DNA from: a virus
Taxonomy: Duplodnaviria; Caudoviricetes
IMG/VR virus record: IMGVR_UViG_3300027782_000029
Coordinates: 1 to 64,000 of that record
DNA: 64,000 nt
Direction: 5' to 3' (one strand)
Shown: one piece after another, positions 51,828 through 61,323 of the stretch
Layout: each line of letters starts with the position of its first letter
How positions within the stretch are numbered: position 1 is the stretch's first letter
The notes under the pieces: generated by a model
Seen by the model: only the letters and a program-made list of their open reading frames with translations
Database searches by the model: none
What the model was told of the DNA's origin: nothing
Translations under genes and position numbers: made by a program

Positions 51828-52568
51828 ATGAGCAACAACATTAAGAAGAGCATCATTATGGTGCTTGGAGGAGTACTCTTCGGATTCTTCTTTCTCATCA
51901 CAAAGGGAACAGAAGCATTCGTACAGTACGAAACAGCATTTACACTTGAGAAGCTCTTGAGTGTAGATAACCTTGCCGTTATGGCTGCTATCTTCACTGC
52001 ATTTAAGGCAGACGAGAAGATGCAACATAGGGCATTGAATTGGGGTATTACTGGAGCAGTAGTATTCCGTATCCTATTCATCATGCTAGGTGCTGAGGCA
52101 CTTGAGCGTTTCTCCTTCATGAATCTTGTATTTGGCGGCCTATTGGTCTTCAGTGCATACAAGATGCTAGGTGGAGAAGATAGTCACAACGAAGAGCCTG
52201 CTATGGTAGCAAGGATTAAGCGTATTGCACCCAACATGCCCATGATTATTATGGTCATTGTTGCAGTGGAATTAACTGACATTCTATTTGCTATTGATAG
52301 CGTGCCTGCAGTACTGTCTGTAACTGATGATCGTATGATTGCCATTACAAGCAACATAGCTGCAGTACTAGGTCTTCGTGCACTATTCTTCGTATTGAAG
52401 GATGGTATGGATAAGATCAAGTACCTCAACCAGACACTGGCTGTAGTACTTGCCTTTGTTGGATTCAAGATGGTAGCCCATACTTGGATTCACATCGGTA
52501 CCCTTACCAATGTAGCTATCATTGCGGTTATATTCGCAGTAGGTGTCTTTGCTTCTTTAAGGAAGTAA
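51828..52568 (+). CDS. terC: TerC/Alx-family membrane protein
   Basis: LEKLLSVDNL, QHRAL.WGI.GAVVFR, VELTDILFAIDSVPA, TSNI.AVLGLRALFF. Confidence 0.9.
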   Translation: MSNNIKKSIIMVLGGVLFGFFFLITKGTEAFVQYETAFTLEKLLSVDNLAVMAAIFTAFKADEKMQHRALNWGITGAVVFRILFIMLGAEALERFSFMNLVFGGLLVFSAYKMLGGEDSHNEEPAMVARIKRIAPNMPMIIMVIVAVELTDILFAIDSVPAVLSVTDDRMIAITSNIAAVLGLRALFFVLKDGMDKIKYLNQTLAVVLAFVGFKMVAHTWIHIGTLTNVAIIAVIFAVGVFASLRK

Positions 52569-52582
52569 GGACAATAAGATTA

Positions 52583-52620
52583 CCCTTGGGGACTTTGGTC
52601 CTCAGGGGTTTTCTTTTTAT
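52583..52620 (+). terminator. Rho-independent terminator (representative of the cassette repeats)
   Basis: CCCTTGGGGAC-tttg-GTCCTCAGGGG followed by TTTTCTTTTT. Confidence 0.8.
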
Positions 52621-52757
52621 GGGTAGGTCTTAGACCTTTAACTACTGTACCTGTACATACAGTAGATCGCTACGCATTTACCTTACCCAAGGGCAACTTG
52701 TAAGCATAGTCATACATGACAATCATGTGTGCAATTACCATACTTCTAGGAGGAGTC

Positions 52758-53135
52758 ATGGAAACACAACAAACACAGAAGGATTTGTACCCCTTCATTT
52801 CAATCATCCTGTCTCTCATGGAGGGCAATCTTGAATTCAAGAAAGCTGTCTGTGGAGATGTGCAATCTTACTTCGTGTTCGAAGAAGAGAGCATTCACGG
52901 TGTTGGTGCTGTAGTTCGCTACATGTACGTTGCACGTCAGGATGGTAAAACACTTGCCGAGTTGGTTGGACCTATAATGTTCAATCCAGCTTTCATCTTG
53001 CAGATCATTGCTCAAATGAAGAATGATCCAGAGATGGGGCACAGTGGAAAGGGCAACATCTGGGATTGGTCAGGTGTTCAACAGCATCCTGACTTGAACA
53101 GTCAAGTGCGGCCCACTATCAGCTGGAATAAGTAA
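52758..53135 (+). CDS. Hypothetical protein
   Basis: GGAGG RBS; cassette gene. Confidence 0.6.
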   Translation: METQQTQKDLYPFISIILSLMEGNLEFKKAVCGDVQSYFVFEEESIHGVGAVVRYMYVARQDGKTLAELVGPIMFNPAFILQIIAQMKNDPEMGHSGKGNIWDWSGVQQHPDLNSQVRPTISWNK

Positions 53136-53237
53136 CCAGTAAAACAATAAGAAGAACCTCAGTCGTACAGGACTGGGGTTTTTCTTTTATGGGTAGATAC
53201 TAGACAACAAGTCTGGGCCCTAATGATTGGAGAAATC

Positions 53238-53426
53238 ATGACACATGAAGCAATCGACGCCTTGGAGGAGAACTTCTTCCACCAAGACGCCAATGCCATC
53301 AAGAAGCACTACAACGGCTCAAAGGCCTACCAGTGCTGCAACGATGAACACTGCACCAACAACCGCAAGGTCGCTGGTCGCAAAGGCCTCATCAACAACA
53401 ACGCCAAGAACAAGAACAACAAATAG
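53238..53426 (+). CDS. Small Cys-containing protein
   Basis: GGAG RBS; YQCCNDEHC. Confidence 0.6.
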   Translation: MTHEAIDALEENFFHQDANAIKKHYNGSKAYQCCNDEHCTNNRKVAGRKGLINNNAKNKNNK

Positions 53427-53547
53427 TTTAAGTTAACTGGTGTTAAAAAAGAAACTCTTTCCCTGGGATCTTCGGATCCTGGGGTTTTCTTTTTATGGGT
53501 AGCAAGTTGACCACAAGGTCAGACCCGATCATGAGGAGGTTAATCTC

Positions 53548-53781
53548 ATGAAAGAAACAACCACGTTGGTTACTCCAACACAGCCACCAGAAGCGTCATT
53601 TGACTCTCTCCGAGCATCTCTTAAGATGTTCAACGAGTACTACGCAAAGAAGGATTATGTTCGTGCATGCATTCTTTCGAAGCAAGTATCTGGAATCAAA
53701 GCAGAGATGCTAGCAAAAGCTGACGAGTCATATCGCTCAGCACTCGACTGGCATATCGAGTACATCATCCTCAACGGATGA
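53548..53781 (+). CDS. Hypothetical protein
   Basis: GAGGAGG RBS. Confidence 0.65.
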   Translation: MKETTTLVTPTQPPEASFDSLRASLKMFNEYYAKKDYVRACILSKQVSGIKAEMLAKADESYRSALDWHIEYIILNG

Positions 53782-53928
53782 TCCATTGTCCTTTATGGGC
53801 AATAGACAATACCTAGCAGCGTTCTGTTAGAAGAGAAGGAAGACTCCCTTAGGGGAGTTTTTCTTTTATGGGTAAACACTAGACCACAAGTAACCCAAGT
53901 GGTCACAATAGACATGGGAGGTTAATCC

Positions 53929-54546
53929 ATGTTAGTACTATTCACCGTGGCGTTCGTCGTCACCCTCACCGCTGCAGTATACATGCAATTCAGTTCACAA
54001 GCTGAGAAGTATGTTCTGCAGTACAGCCCAGATGCTGATGCATTCCTTATCCTTGGATCTGGAATCATGGGCATATTGAGCTTGCTTGCATTGGCCAACT
54101 CAGGGCTTAACATTTATGTAGGATTTGCAGTCTTATTATTTGGTTGGGTTCCGTGTGCTCTAATTGGAGTACGCATTGAGAAGATCCGAGAAAACTTGTG
54201 CAAACAGCGTGCATTACCTGCGGGTCATAACGCTCAACTTGCAGCATCTTTCGGGATGTCAGAGTTTGATAAAGCTGGCACTTGTGAAAAATGCCTTAAG
54301 AAAGGGCATGTTCGTAGGTACTTCCATCAGCAGCACGGGTGGATTCTTTCACTTTGTGTTGACAGTGTAAGGTGCGATGCAAATGTAATTTATTGTGTTG
54401 TGGATTTTGCAGATGACTTTGTTCTCTATACGGGGACATGGGAAAATTGCAATCAAGTAATGCAAGAAAACTACGGAGGTCTGCAAGTTATACCTCACGC
54501 AAACATTACCAAACAAATGTGGTTGCAACTTCGTAACCAGCTTTAA
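53929..54546 (+). CDS. Membrane-anchored protein with CxxC motif
   Basis: Three N-terminal hydrophobic helices, then CEKC; GGAGG RBS. Confidence 0.6.
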   Translation: MLVLFTVAFVVTLTAAVYMQFSSQAEKYVLQYSPDADAFLILGSGIMGILSLLALANSGLNIYVGFAVLLFGWVPCALIGVRIEKIRENLCKQRALPAGHNAQLAASFGMSEFDKAGTCEKCLKKGHVRRYFHQQHGWILSLCVDSVRCDANVIYCVVDFADDFVLYTGTWENCNQVMQENYGGLQVIPHANITKQMWLQLRNQL

Positions 54547-54657
54547 GATAAAGCAATAAAGATTACCCTTGGGGACTTCGGTCCTCAGGGGTTTTCTTTT
54601 TATGGGTAGGTGTTTGACCACAAGTAAAAGCCAACAACAATTCCTAAGGAGGAAACC

Positions 54658-54936
54658 ATGGCACCAAACACCAACAGCGATTACGTACTCGAGATTCTCG
54701 AACAAGTAATAGCACACACAAAACAAGTAGTAGAAAAAGGATACTGCAATTGCTTTTGCAATGCATATCATTCAGATACTGAGAAAACTGCACAGTTCAA
54801 CTGTGTTCCCGCAGAACGCCTTTACAGCGTAATGCGTGGAGAAGAACAGAACTACGAGGAGGATGTCAATAACATCACGCCTTTCAAGTTCATCTGGATG
54901 GATAACAACATTCAGGATCGCAACTGGTTCTTGTAA
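54658..54936 (+). CDS. Hypothetical protein (CNCFC motif)
   Basis: GGAGG RBS. Confidence 0.6.
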   Translation: MAPNTNSDYVLEILEQVIAHTKQVVEKGYCNCFCNAYHSDTEKTAQFNCVPAERLYSVMRGEEQNYEEDVNNITPFKFIWMDNNIQDRNWFL

Positions 54937-55138
54937 CCTAGTTGTAAACACCTACCCAAAAGATAAAGAATACCACACATCCAGTGTGGTTTTTCTTTTA
55001 TGGGTAGACTATAGACCTCAGGTCAACCCAGGGTGCGTCCCTTCCCAATTGGGAGAATCAGCATGCTGGTCTCAGCATCGTACAGAGGCAGTCGTGCACT
55101 AATTCCAGTGTATGCACCGACATGTTCCAGGAGGAATC

Positions 55139-55447
55139 ATGGCAAACATCAAATGTGTCGCTTGCAAAGGCGTACACCCAACAGTATCTGCACTCAAAGC
55201 ATGCCACATGGCAAACAATGCTCTGATTGCAGACAAAACCAGCACCGTCAAGACCACCAAGGTTGAGAAGGCTAAGAGCTACAAGCTTTTCACCTTCGAC
55301 ACCGAGGCTGCTCGTGATGCGTTCATCCAGGCAACCCCTGGTGCACAGGTGCTGACAACCAGCGTCAAGAAGGTAAACGTGTTCAACCAGGACACTAATG
55401 CCTACGAGATGGTAGTAACCAAGACCTTCAAGGTCATCGTTAAATAA
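55139..55447 (+). CDS. Zinc-finger-like protein
   Basis: GGAGG RBS; CVAC...H......C. Confidence 0.6.
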   Translation: MANIKCVACKGVHPTVSALKACHMANNALIADKTSTVKTTKVEKAKSYKLFTFDTEAARDAFIQATPGAQVLTTSVKKVNVFNQDTNAYEMVVTKTFKVIVK

Positions 55448-55517
55448 TCCATTGACAAGGTGTGAGCTAGAGGTCAGCTCTCACCAAGTCGGGATTACCA
55501 GAACAAAGGAGTCAGAA

Positions 55518-55733
55518 ATGGCTTATCAAGGCTGGCACACCAAATGTAAAGTTTGTGGATGCACACTGCGGCCAGGAGAGGGAGAGTTCATCTCTTACCC
55601 ATTCCAGCAGGCATTGTGCACCAAACACTTTGCAGACTGGAAACAGAACATTGCAGATCGCAAGGCTACAGCAAAAGCCAAGCGTGAAACAGAACAACAG
55701 AAGAAGCTGAACAAGCCAACACTGTTTGACTAA
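55518..55733 (+). CDS. Small zinc-finger protein
   Basis: GGAG RBS; CKVC...C..H. Confidence 0.6.
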   Translation: MAYQGWHTKCKVCGCTLRPGEGEFISYPFQQALCTKHFADWKQNIADRKATAKAKRETEQQKKLNKPTLFD

Positions 55734-55833
55734 CTGAGTCTTCGGACAAGGTGAGGAGAGACCCCTTCGGGGGTTTCTCTTTTATGGGTAAATCCTAGAC
55801 CACAGGTCTGGGCCCAACAAGAAAGAAAGAATA

Positions 55834-56355
55834 ATGGAAGCAAAGGAAGTCTATCACATTGCGTTTACTGGACATCGTCCAAATAAACTCGGTGGTTATG
55901 ATGACAACAGCCCTAAGCGTATAGCTTTAAGGCAAGAAATTCAAGAAACATTACAGCGTGCTGTAGTCAAGTACGGAAATACTCATGAGATTATTGTTAT
56001 CTCGGGTGGTGCTCTTGGTGTAGATCAAGATGCTGCTCGTGTTGCATATCAAATGAACATTCCGTTTATTGTCGCACAGCCGTGTAAGAATCATGAATCA
56101 AAGTGGCCTAAGGAGTCACAGATCAAATACAAGAAGATGATTGAGTTAGCTCATGAAGTTATACTTGTAAGCGATGGAACATATCCTGAACTTGGAGCTA
56201 AGTGCATGCAAGACCGTAACATTTGGATGGTTGATCACTGCGATGCTTTGATTGCTGTTTGGGATGGAACATCAGGCGGAACAGCTAACTGTGTTGGATA
56301 TGCGAAACGTGTCGGCAAACCAATTGTTTACATTGACCCAACCAACATTGCTTAA
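55834..56355 (+). CDS. SLOG superfamily YspA-like (DUF1273) nucleotide-binding protein
   Basis: IAFTGHRPNKLGGYD, ISGGALGVDQ, RNIWMVDHCD.LIAVWDG..GGTANCV.YA. Confidence 0.85.
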   Translation: MEAKEVYHIAFTGHRPNKLGGYDDNSPKRIALRQEIQETLQRAVVKYGNTHEIIVISGGALGVDQDAARVAYQMNIPFIVAQPCKNHESKWPKESQIKYKKMIELAHEVILVSDGTYPELGAKCMQDRNIWMVDHCDALIAVWDGTSGGTANCVGYAKRVGKPIVYIDPTNIA

Positions 56356-56521
56356 CTAACAATAAAAATAAGAATATACCTAGCAGCATTCTGTTAGAAG
56401 AAAAGAGAACTCCTTCGGGAGTTTTCTTTTTATGGGTAGATCCTAGACCACAGGTCTGGGGTTACAACCCAAACCGCGTATGGACGGCCTTCCATACACC
56501 TACAGCACAGGAGGTGCTAAC

Positions 56522-58861
56522 ATGCCGTTTCACGGTATCGTAAGGCGTGCAGGTAAGTGGTTTCGACTACTGACCGATGCGCCGCTTCTTGAGGGCGACC
56601 AAGTCCTTGAGGAGTTCAACAGTGGGTCTTACACACCCGCCTTCCTCAACCAATTCTTCTCGGGTAAATACCGAGTAGAGGTTCGGAAGCACAAGTCACG
56701 TCGTAAGTATGCTGGTTCAAAGCATGCTCCCGGTGTGACAAGTGAAGAGCTGTTTTCTAGTGAAGTAATTCGCTGGTCAACTGCTTCAGAGCAACACATA
56801 GTGCGAGTCAAGGGCAACCAAGGCTGGCTCTCTTGCTTCAACGAGATTGGACTCATTATCCAAAACTCGAAGAAGATGTCCAAGAGGCTAGCTGAAATTG
56901 TCAGGACAACTTGCGCTTGGTTGTACGTAGAGGATGGATCTCTCAGTATTGAGGTCATCGAACATTCCCTCCCAGAGAGGTATGTAGATGGCATCAGTGC
57001 AATGAGCCGTTCTCTTGCGTGCAGCTGTATCATGTCCAACACCAACGCAACACGTCGGTGGAGGGCTCGTGAACTATGGAAGATTCGCACTGGCCAAACA
57101 GCCAATGTAATCTTTCGGATGCTCACGCCAGATGGATTGATTAAGGGTAATGCCTTTGTCCTTCCCCGAAAGATGATGAATGGTTATGACGTTCGCACGT
57201 TTGCACCAAACATCAAGTCCGAAATCCGTACCAATGGATGGCAATGGCTAACAATCGAACCAACTTATGGAGCAATTCCAATTAAGTCGGACGATTTAAC
57301 CCATGCTATCTATCGTGGGATTAACGGTCTGTATGACGACGCAACTCTACTTGCTTCTCTATCAGGAATGTTGAAGAATTTCTTCAATGACCTTATGGAA
57401 GGCAAGCGTTCTGAGTGGCTTACTCGTTTAGCTAATGCTGAACATGTAGTCCATGAAGACGATGAAGAGCGTTTCAGTGCAGATCGTGGACTGGTCGGCA
57501 TCCTTCAGGATAGAATTGCTGAGCTTTACAAGCTTGGTGTTTCGTTGACTGCTAGTCAGACTCTCATGTTCTTGAGTGTCAATGGCTTACGCAAGCAACT
57601 CCTGACGGACAAGACAGTAGATGACGGTAACGGTAGTCACAGGAAGTTACGCTCCTGGGAAGACAAAACCCGTCATTGGTTTCCTGTGCCATGGGCATAC
57701 TCTGCTCATATCATGACACAAGAAGCCTTGCAACTCTTCGGATTCCCTGTAACAAGCAGGAGCTGGGGCTATTATCATAAAGCTACTCATAGTTTTGTGG
57801 TACCCGGTGAATTCTTTGACAAGCACTACGCTGACCATGGTGGTTGGGACCTCGACGATTCTGTCAAGGTTCATATCCGATTCATCAAGTTTCCTAACGG
57901 AGACATCAAGCCAATGGCTATCCTGCTACGCAACCCAAATGACTTTGGTGAGTGGAGCATGATTCCTGTAGCAAAGGCTGGACCTGTATTTCATCAGTAC
58001 ACGGAACAACCTCCTGTAGTGGACTACGAGCAACTAACAACATTAGTTCCTCAGTTCTCTACGGTCAAGGATAGGCTAGACATTGGTAATCTTCCTGGTT
58101 CTCTCACTTTTGGTGAAGAGTTCTCATTGGAAGATGAGCTGCGTGTTCGCACAACTGCTCTGATGTTTCCTGCTGGAACTGGTGGTGCCGTACTGCCAAA
58201 GATGCTCCATGCTGCCCTCGTCGGTGGTTATCTGCCCAAGCTATATGCTCCCAATGAGGAAATCATTGATGCACTACAGCAAGGGTCAGCTACACCTGAG
58301 GACGTCATGGTCATCCAACAGTACGTGAGCTACATCTTCTCACAACTTGCTATGGAAACTGGCGGTGAAATCGATGCATTCTGGTACAATACCAGACTGT
58401 TCGAGGCACTTGCTGACAACCATGGCTTGCATTGTGGTGAGCTAGAGGATTCCCCTTGGATTTCTCTGCACACTCAACGTGAGGAGATGGTTCAGTCTGC
58501 GCTTAAAGCAATGACTAACTGGCTCAATGCTACCATCACAAAGCCTGAACTCTTGGATGAGATCGAATGGACAACTGAAGAATATATCAGTGCACCAAAC
58601 GAGCTCAACAAGATCAAGGCAGCAAAGAACCGATCCCTTAACTGGGTGGCTGAATTCGTTCAGTTACTTGAGGAGTCGGATGCCGAACATGGCGAAGAAC
58701 GTACGAATCGTAAGATCCTGCGTCTAGCCAACCAAGCATTTGCTGCCAAGGATCAGTACCCAGGCGCTAACCATGATCAGTGGCTGTACAGTTTCTCTGC
58801 AAAGAGCGACAAGCAGCCAGTGGATTGGTTCATCCGAGCACTGAAGGCTCAACAGTCCTGA
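56522..58861 (+). CDS. Candidate single-subunit two-barrel RNA polymerase (YonO/eukaryotic RdRP-like)
   Basis: GGAGG RBS; ordered motifs KKMSKRL, YVDGISAMSRSLA, IFR....GLIKG, VVP...GGWDLDD, LLRNP, IIDALQQG. Recognised by eye only. Confidence 0.5.
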   Translation: MPFHGIVRRAGKWFRLLTDAPLLEGDQVLEEFNSGSYTPAFLNQFFSGKYRVEVRKHKSRRKYAGSKHAPGVTSEELFSSEVIRWSTASEQHIVRVKGNQGWLSCFNEIGLIIQNSKKMSKRLAEIVRTTCAWLYVEDGSLSIEVIEHSLPERYVDGISAMSRSLACSCIMSNTNATRRWRARELWKIRTGQTANVIFRMLTPDGLIKGNAFVLPRKMMNGYDVRTFAPNIKSEIRTNGWQWLTIEPTYGAIPIKSDDLTHAIYRGINGLYDDATLLASLSGMLKNFFNDLMEGKRSEWLTRLANAEHVVHEDDEERFSADRGLVGILQDRIAELYKLGVSLTASQTLMFLSVNGLRKQLLTDKTVDDGNGSHRKLRSWEDKTRHWFPVPWAYSAHIMTQEALQLFGFPVTSRSWGYYHKATHSFVVPGEFFDKHYADHGGWDLDDSVKVHIRFIKFPNGDIKPMAILLRNPNDFGEWSMIPVAKAGPVFHQYTEQPPVVDYEQLTTLVPQFSTVKDRLDIGNLPGSLTFGEEFSLEDELRVRTTALMFPAGTGGAVLPKMLHAALVGGYLPKLYAPNEEIIDALQQGSATPEDVMVIQQYVSYIFSQLAMETGGEIDAFWYNTRLFEALADNHGLHCGELEDSPWISLHTQREEMVQSALKAMTNWLNATITKPELLDEIEWTTEEYISAPNELNKIKAAKNRSLNWVAEFVQLLEESDAEHGEERTNRKILRLANQAFAAKDQYPGANHDQWLYSFSAKSDKQPVDWFIRALKAQQS

Positions 58862-59202
58862 CCTAGTCAGTCAGAAGAAGAAGGGATTCCCTCTGCTACA
58901 CATCCAGTGTAGTAGGGGGTTTTCTTTTTATGGTGACAGGGTAGACCACAGGCCTCTAGCTAGACCTCAGGTCTTCCCTCAATCCTCAAGCCTAACCTCA
59001 GGTTTCGGAGTAAAAGATTTATAATTATAAGTCTCATCTTCTAAATTCGGGGGGTGAGTTTGGCCTGACCTCAGAGTTGGGCTAAAAAGAAGGGACGTCA
59101 CCGTGGCGTTCTAAAGTCTGCTTGGACCATTCGTGGTTCAATCAGAAAAGAAGGGAGACTCGCGTGCCCTCAATAACAGCGAGTAGATACTTTGGAGGTA
59201 TC

Positions 59203-59571
59203 ATGTCCCATTCAATCATCCCAACAATCACTTGGGTAAATCCCGAGCTGGCTGCCAGTGGTCGGACCGTCAAGGTTCTTCTCACTCACGAGTCATTTCC
59301 TGCTGGAGTTTCGCACTTTGCGTACATTCCTGTTGGAGCTGCACCTCGTAAGTGGGACCGCATTGAGGCAACTACCGTCAAGGTTGGTGAAGTCCAGTAT
59401 GACTACACCGATACCGTGACTGGTGACGTTGTCGCACTCAAGGTTCCACGCGCACAAGTCTCCTTCTTTGGTGACTGCGCATTGGTCAACCCAGCTCCAG
59501 TTCAGCCTACCCAGTGGGCTGACAAGCGTACATCTGCCCCTGCAACTGAAGCCGTTTCCGAACCCTTCTAG
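59203..59571 (+). CDS. Beta-rich hypothetical protein with C-terminal EPF tail
   Basis: GGAGG RBS. Confidence 0.6.
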   Translation: MSHSIIPTITWVNPELAASGRTVKVLLTHESFPAGVSHFAYIPVGAAPRKWDRIEATTVKVGEVQYDYTDTVTGDVVALKVPRAQVSFFGDCALVNPAPVQPTQWADKRTSAPATEAVSEPF

Positions 59572-59880
59572 TTGCTTGGGCCTTGTGCTCTACTCTTGAA
59601 TCAGGTACCTCGGCATCATTCCTTTATTGGTTTGATGCCGGGGTTTACCTTTATTTTTTCCAGTCACTCGTCGACCCACTCGCTTCGCTCGGGGTCTACT
59701 CGTGCCTGGACAGTCGCTACGCGCCTGGTACGCCATTATGGTTGTACTGGGTTTTACATTTTTTCTAAAAGAGTTAGACCTCAGGGTTCTAAACCTTTTT
59801 ATTTTTGGGCTTTACCCCCAAGATCACCTAAAAACCCATCTGAAAAGAAGGGGCAATACCCAAAAGCTTCAAGGAGAAAC

Positions 59881-60066
59881 ATGAAACTTTCAGAAATAAC
59901 CAAAAACACACTACGCGCACGGGATCTCATTGATCTTGCTAACGCCCAACTCAACAAAGCGGAATCAACGCTTGACCTTGTTCAATGGATCTCACCCTCA
60001 GGTGACCTCTACATTGAGCCAAAATCAGCAATCATCGACATGATCCACAACGGATCTTGGAAATAA
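59881..60066 (+). CDS. Small hypothetical protein
   Basis: GGAG RBS; MKLSEIT... Confidence 0.55.
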   Translation: MKLSEITKNTLRARDLIDLANAQLNKAESTLDLVQWISPSGDLYIEPKSAIIDMIHNGSWK

Positions 60067-60200
60067 CAAAATTTGCATGACACCTCCCGGTTGTGAATGG
60101 TCAGTTTAATCGCTGGCCATTCACACTGGTGTCTTGTTTTTTATTTTAGGGTTTAACCCTAAGACCACCTAAAAAGAAGGGCTATATAAAAGGAGATTTT

Positions 60201-60401
60201 ATGCCTGAAACAATATTCAATTCATATTTCTTAGTAAATTTTAAATCAAACGTCATTATAAAATGGGGTACTGAAATAGAAATGCAGAAATTACAATACG
60301 AATTTATTTATTTAGATTTAAATATAGTTACATTTGAAAATTTAACACAAACAATGAAAAGCTCACTAGAGTTTTACACTAACAACAAGGAGACATACTA
60401 A
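60201..60401 (+). CDS. Small AT-rich hypothetical protein
   Basis: GGAG RBS. Confidence 0.55.
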   Translation: MPETIFNSYFLVNFKSNVIIKWGTEIEMQKLQYEFIYLDLNIVTFENLTQTMKSSLEFYTNNKETY

Positions 60402-60574
60402 TGTCAGTAATAATCAATCGTATGCGCTGGCTTTCAGCTGGCTTATACCTCGGAATGTTCATCGTCTATCTTATAGAGTCATACTCTGAAGATGACGAAA
60501 AGACTATAGACCTAACTCAAAACTGGTCTAACTACAAGCACAATCACACAAACAAGGAGACAACAAATGCGTAA
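60401..60574 (+). CDS. Small single-TM protein (57 aa, not in track)
   Basis: Manual translation MSVIINRMRWLSAGLYLGMFIVYLI...; GGAG RBS. Confidence 0.5.
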   Translation: MSVIINRMRWLSAGLYLGMFIVYLIESYSEDDEKTIDLTQNWSNYKHNHTNKETTNA

Positions 60575-60667
60575 GCATCTCGCAGTAGCATTCACCACAG
60601 TGTGTTTCGTCATCGGTTTATACGCCGGCGACAAAGCACGCTCTACATTCACGAAAAGGAAATACGC

Positions 60668-60970
60668 ATGAACCAAATTACATACATGCAATCATTAGAA
60701 CTTATTGATCTTGCGGCACAAGAAAACAGACTCTATCACCATAACGGTGGTCAAGCCTACATTCGCGTGTCTATGGACCTAAATGTCCTCATGATCATCG
60801 ATCACACAATGGCTAACAAAGCCGATGTTTCACTTTATGACGGCACTGCATACTTTAAAGAATGTGCTGGCTATAACCATGAACACTCAAAGCGTTTGCG
60901 TGAACACCCAACCACCATGGTTGAATGGTACACAAAGCATACGCTGTTAACAGAAATGCAGGCAGTATAA
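60668..60970 (+). CDS. Hypothetical protein
   Basis: MNQITYMQ...; start moved from 60602. Confidence 0.55.
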   Translation: MNQITYMQSLELIDLAAQENRLYHHNGGQAYIRVSMDLNVLMIIDHTMANKADVSLYDGTAYFKECAGYNHEHSKRLREHPTTMVEWYTKHTLLTEMQAV

Positions 60971-61146
60971 TGTGGTACTGGTACTTAACTGGTATGGTGA
61001 CAGCCTTCACATTCGTATCTCTTATTATTAATTATATGTTAATAACAGGTTTTATGAATGTGGTTGTTCGCCGGCCTCAAAAAGAACAGCTAGCCGTTGT
61101 CTACAACTGGGAAGATCACACTGGTCCAACTAGTCGTGCACTCTAA
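60970..61146 (+). CDS. Small single-TM protein
   Basis: MWYWYLTGMVTAF...; coupled to the upstream stop. Confidence 0.5.
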   Translation: MWYWYLTGMVTAFTFVSLIINYMLITGFMNVVVRRPQKEQLAVVYNWEDHTGPTSRAL

Positions 61147-61323
61147 TCTAAAACATCTTGTTAGTCTCTTGTCCCTACAAAAAAGAAGGGAAAGGAGGCT
61201 AACAGATGTTTGATTGGATAATAGACATGTTTCTAGGAATACTAGAAGTATTTCTACCTGGAAATAACTCAGAATAAATAAATAACCCACCCACCCACCC
61301 ATAAACAAAACAAGGAAAACAAC

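Larger units (their letters stand above)
52583..58974 (+). repeat. Dispersed intergenic cassette repeat: hairpin + T-tract + TATGGGTA-N5-TWGACC(A/T)CA(A/G)GTC, 9 copies
   Basis: TATGGGTA at 52618, 53188, 53494, 53867, 54601, 54999, 55783 and 56431, and TATGGTGA at 58929. T(A/T)GAC always follows exactly 5 nt later. Confidence 0.9.

Noticed and set aside
51700-51828. yybP-ykoY Mn riboswitch upstream of terC
   Set aside because: I could not identify the conserved four-way junction or loop motifs in the short leader.
52600-52630. SigB/SigF-type promoter (GTTT-N14-16-GGGTA) in the cassette repeat
   Set aside because: GTTT to GGGTA spacing is only about 9-10 nt in these copies, too short for that consensus.
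52583-58974. CRISPR array interpretation of the repeats
   Set aside because: The repeats are degenerate and separated by whole genes of variable length (0.3-2.5 kb), not by 30-40 nt unique spacers; no cas genes.
59572-59884. Extended ORFs 59572..60066 and 59702..59884
   Set aside because: They cross a motif-rich intergenic region with no RBS; the credible start is ATG at 59881.
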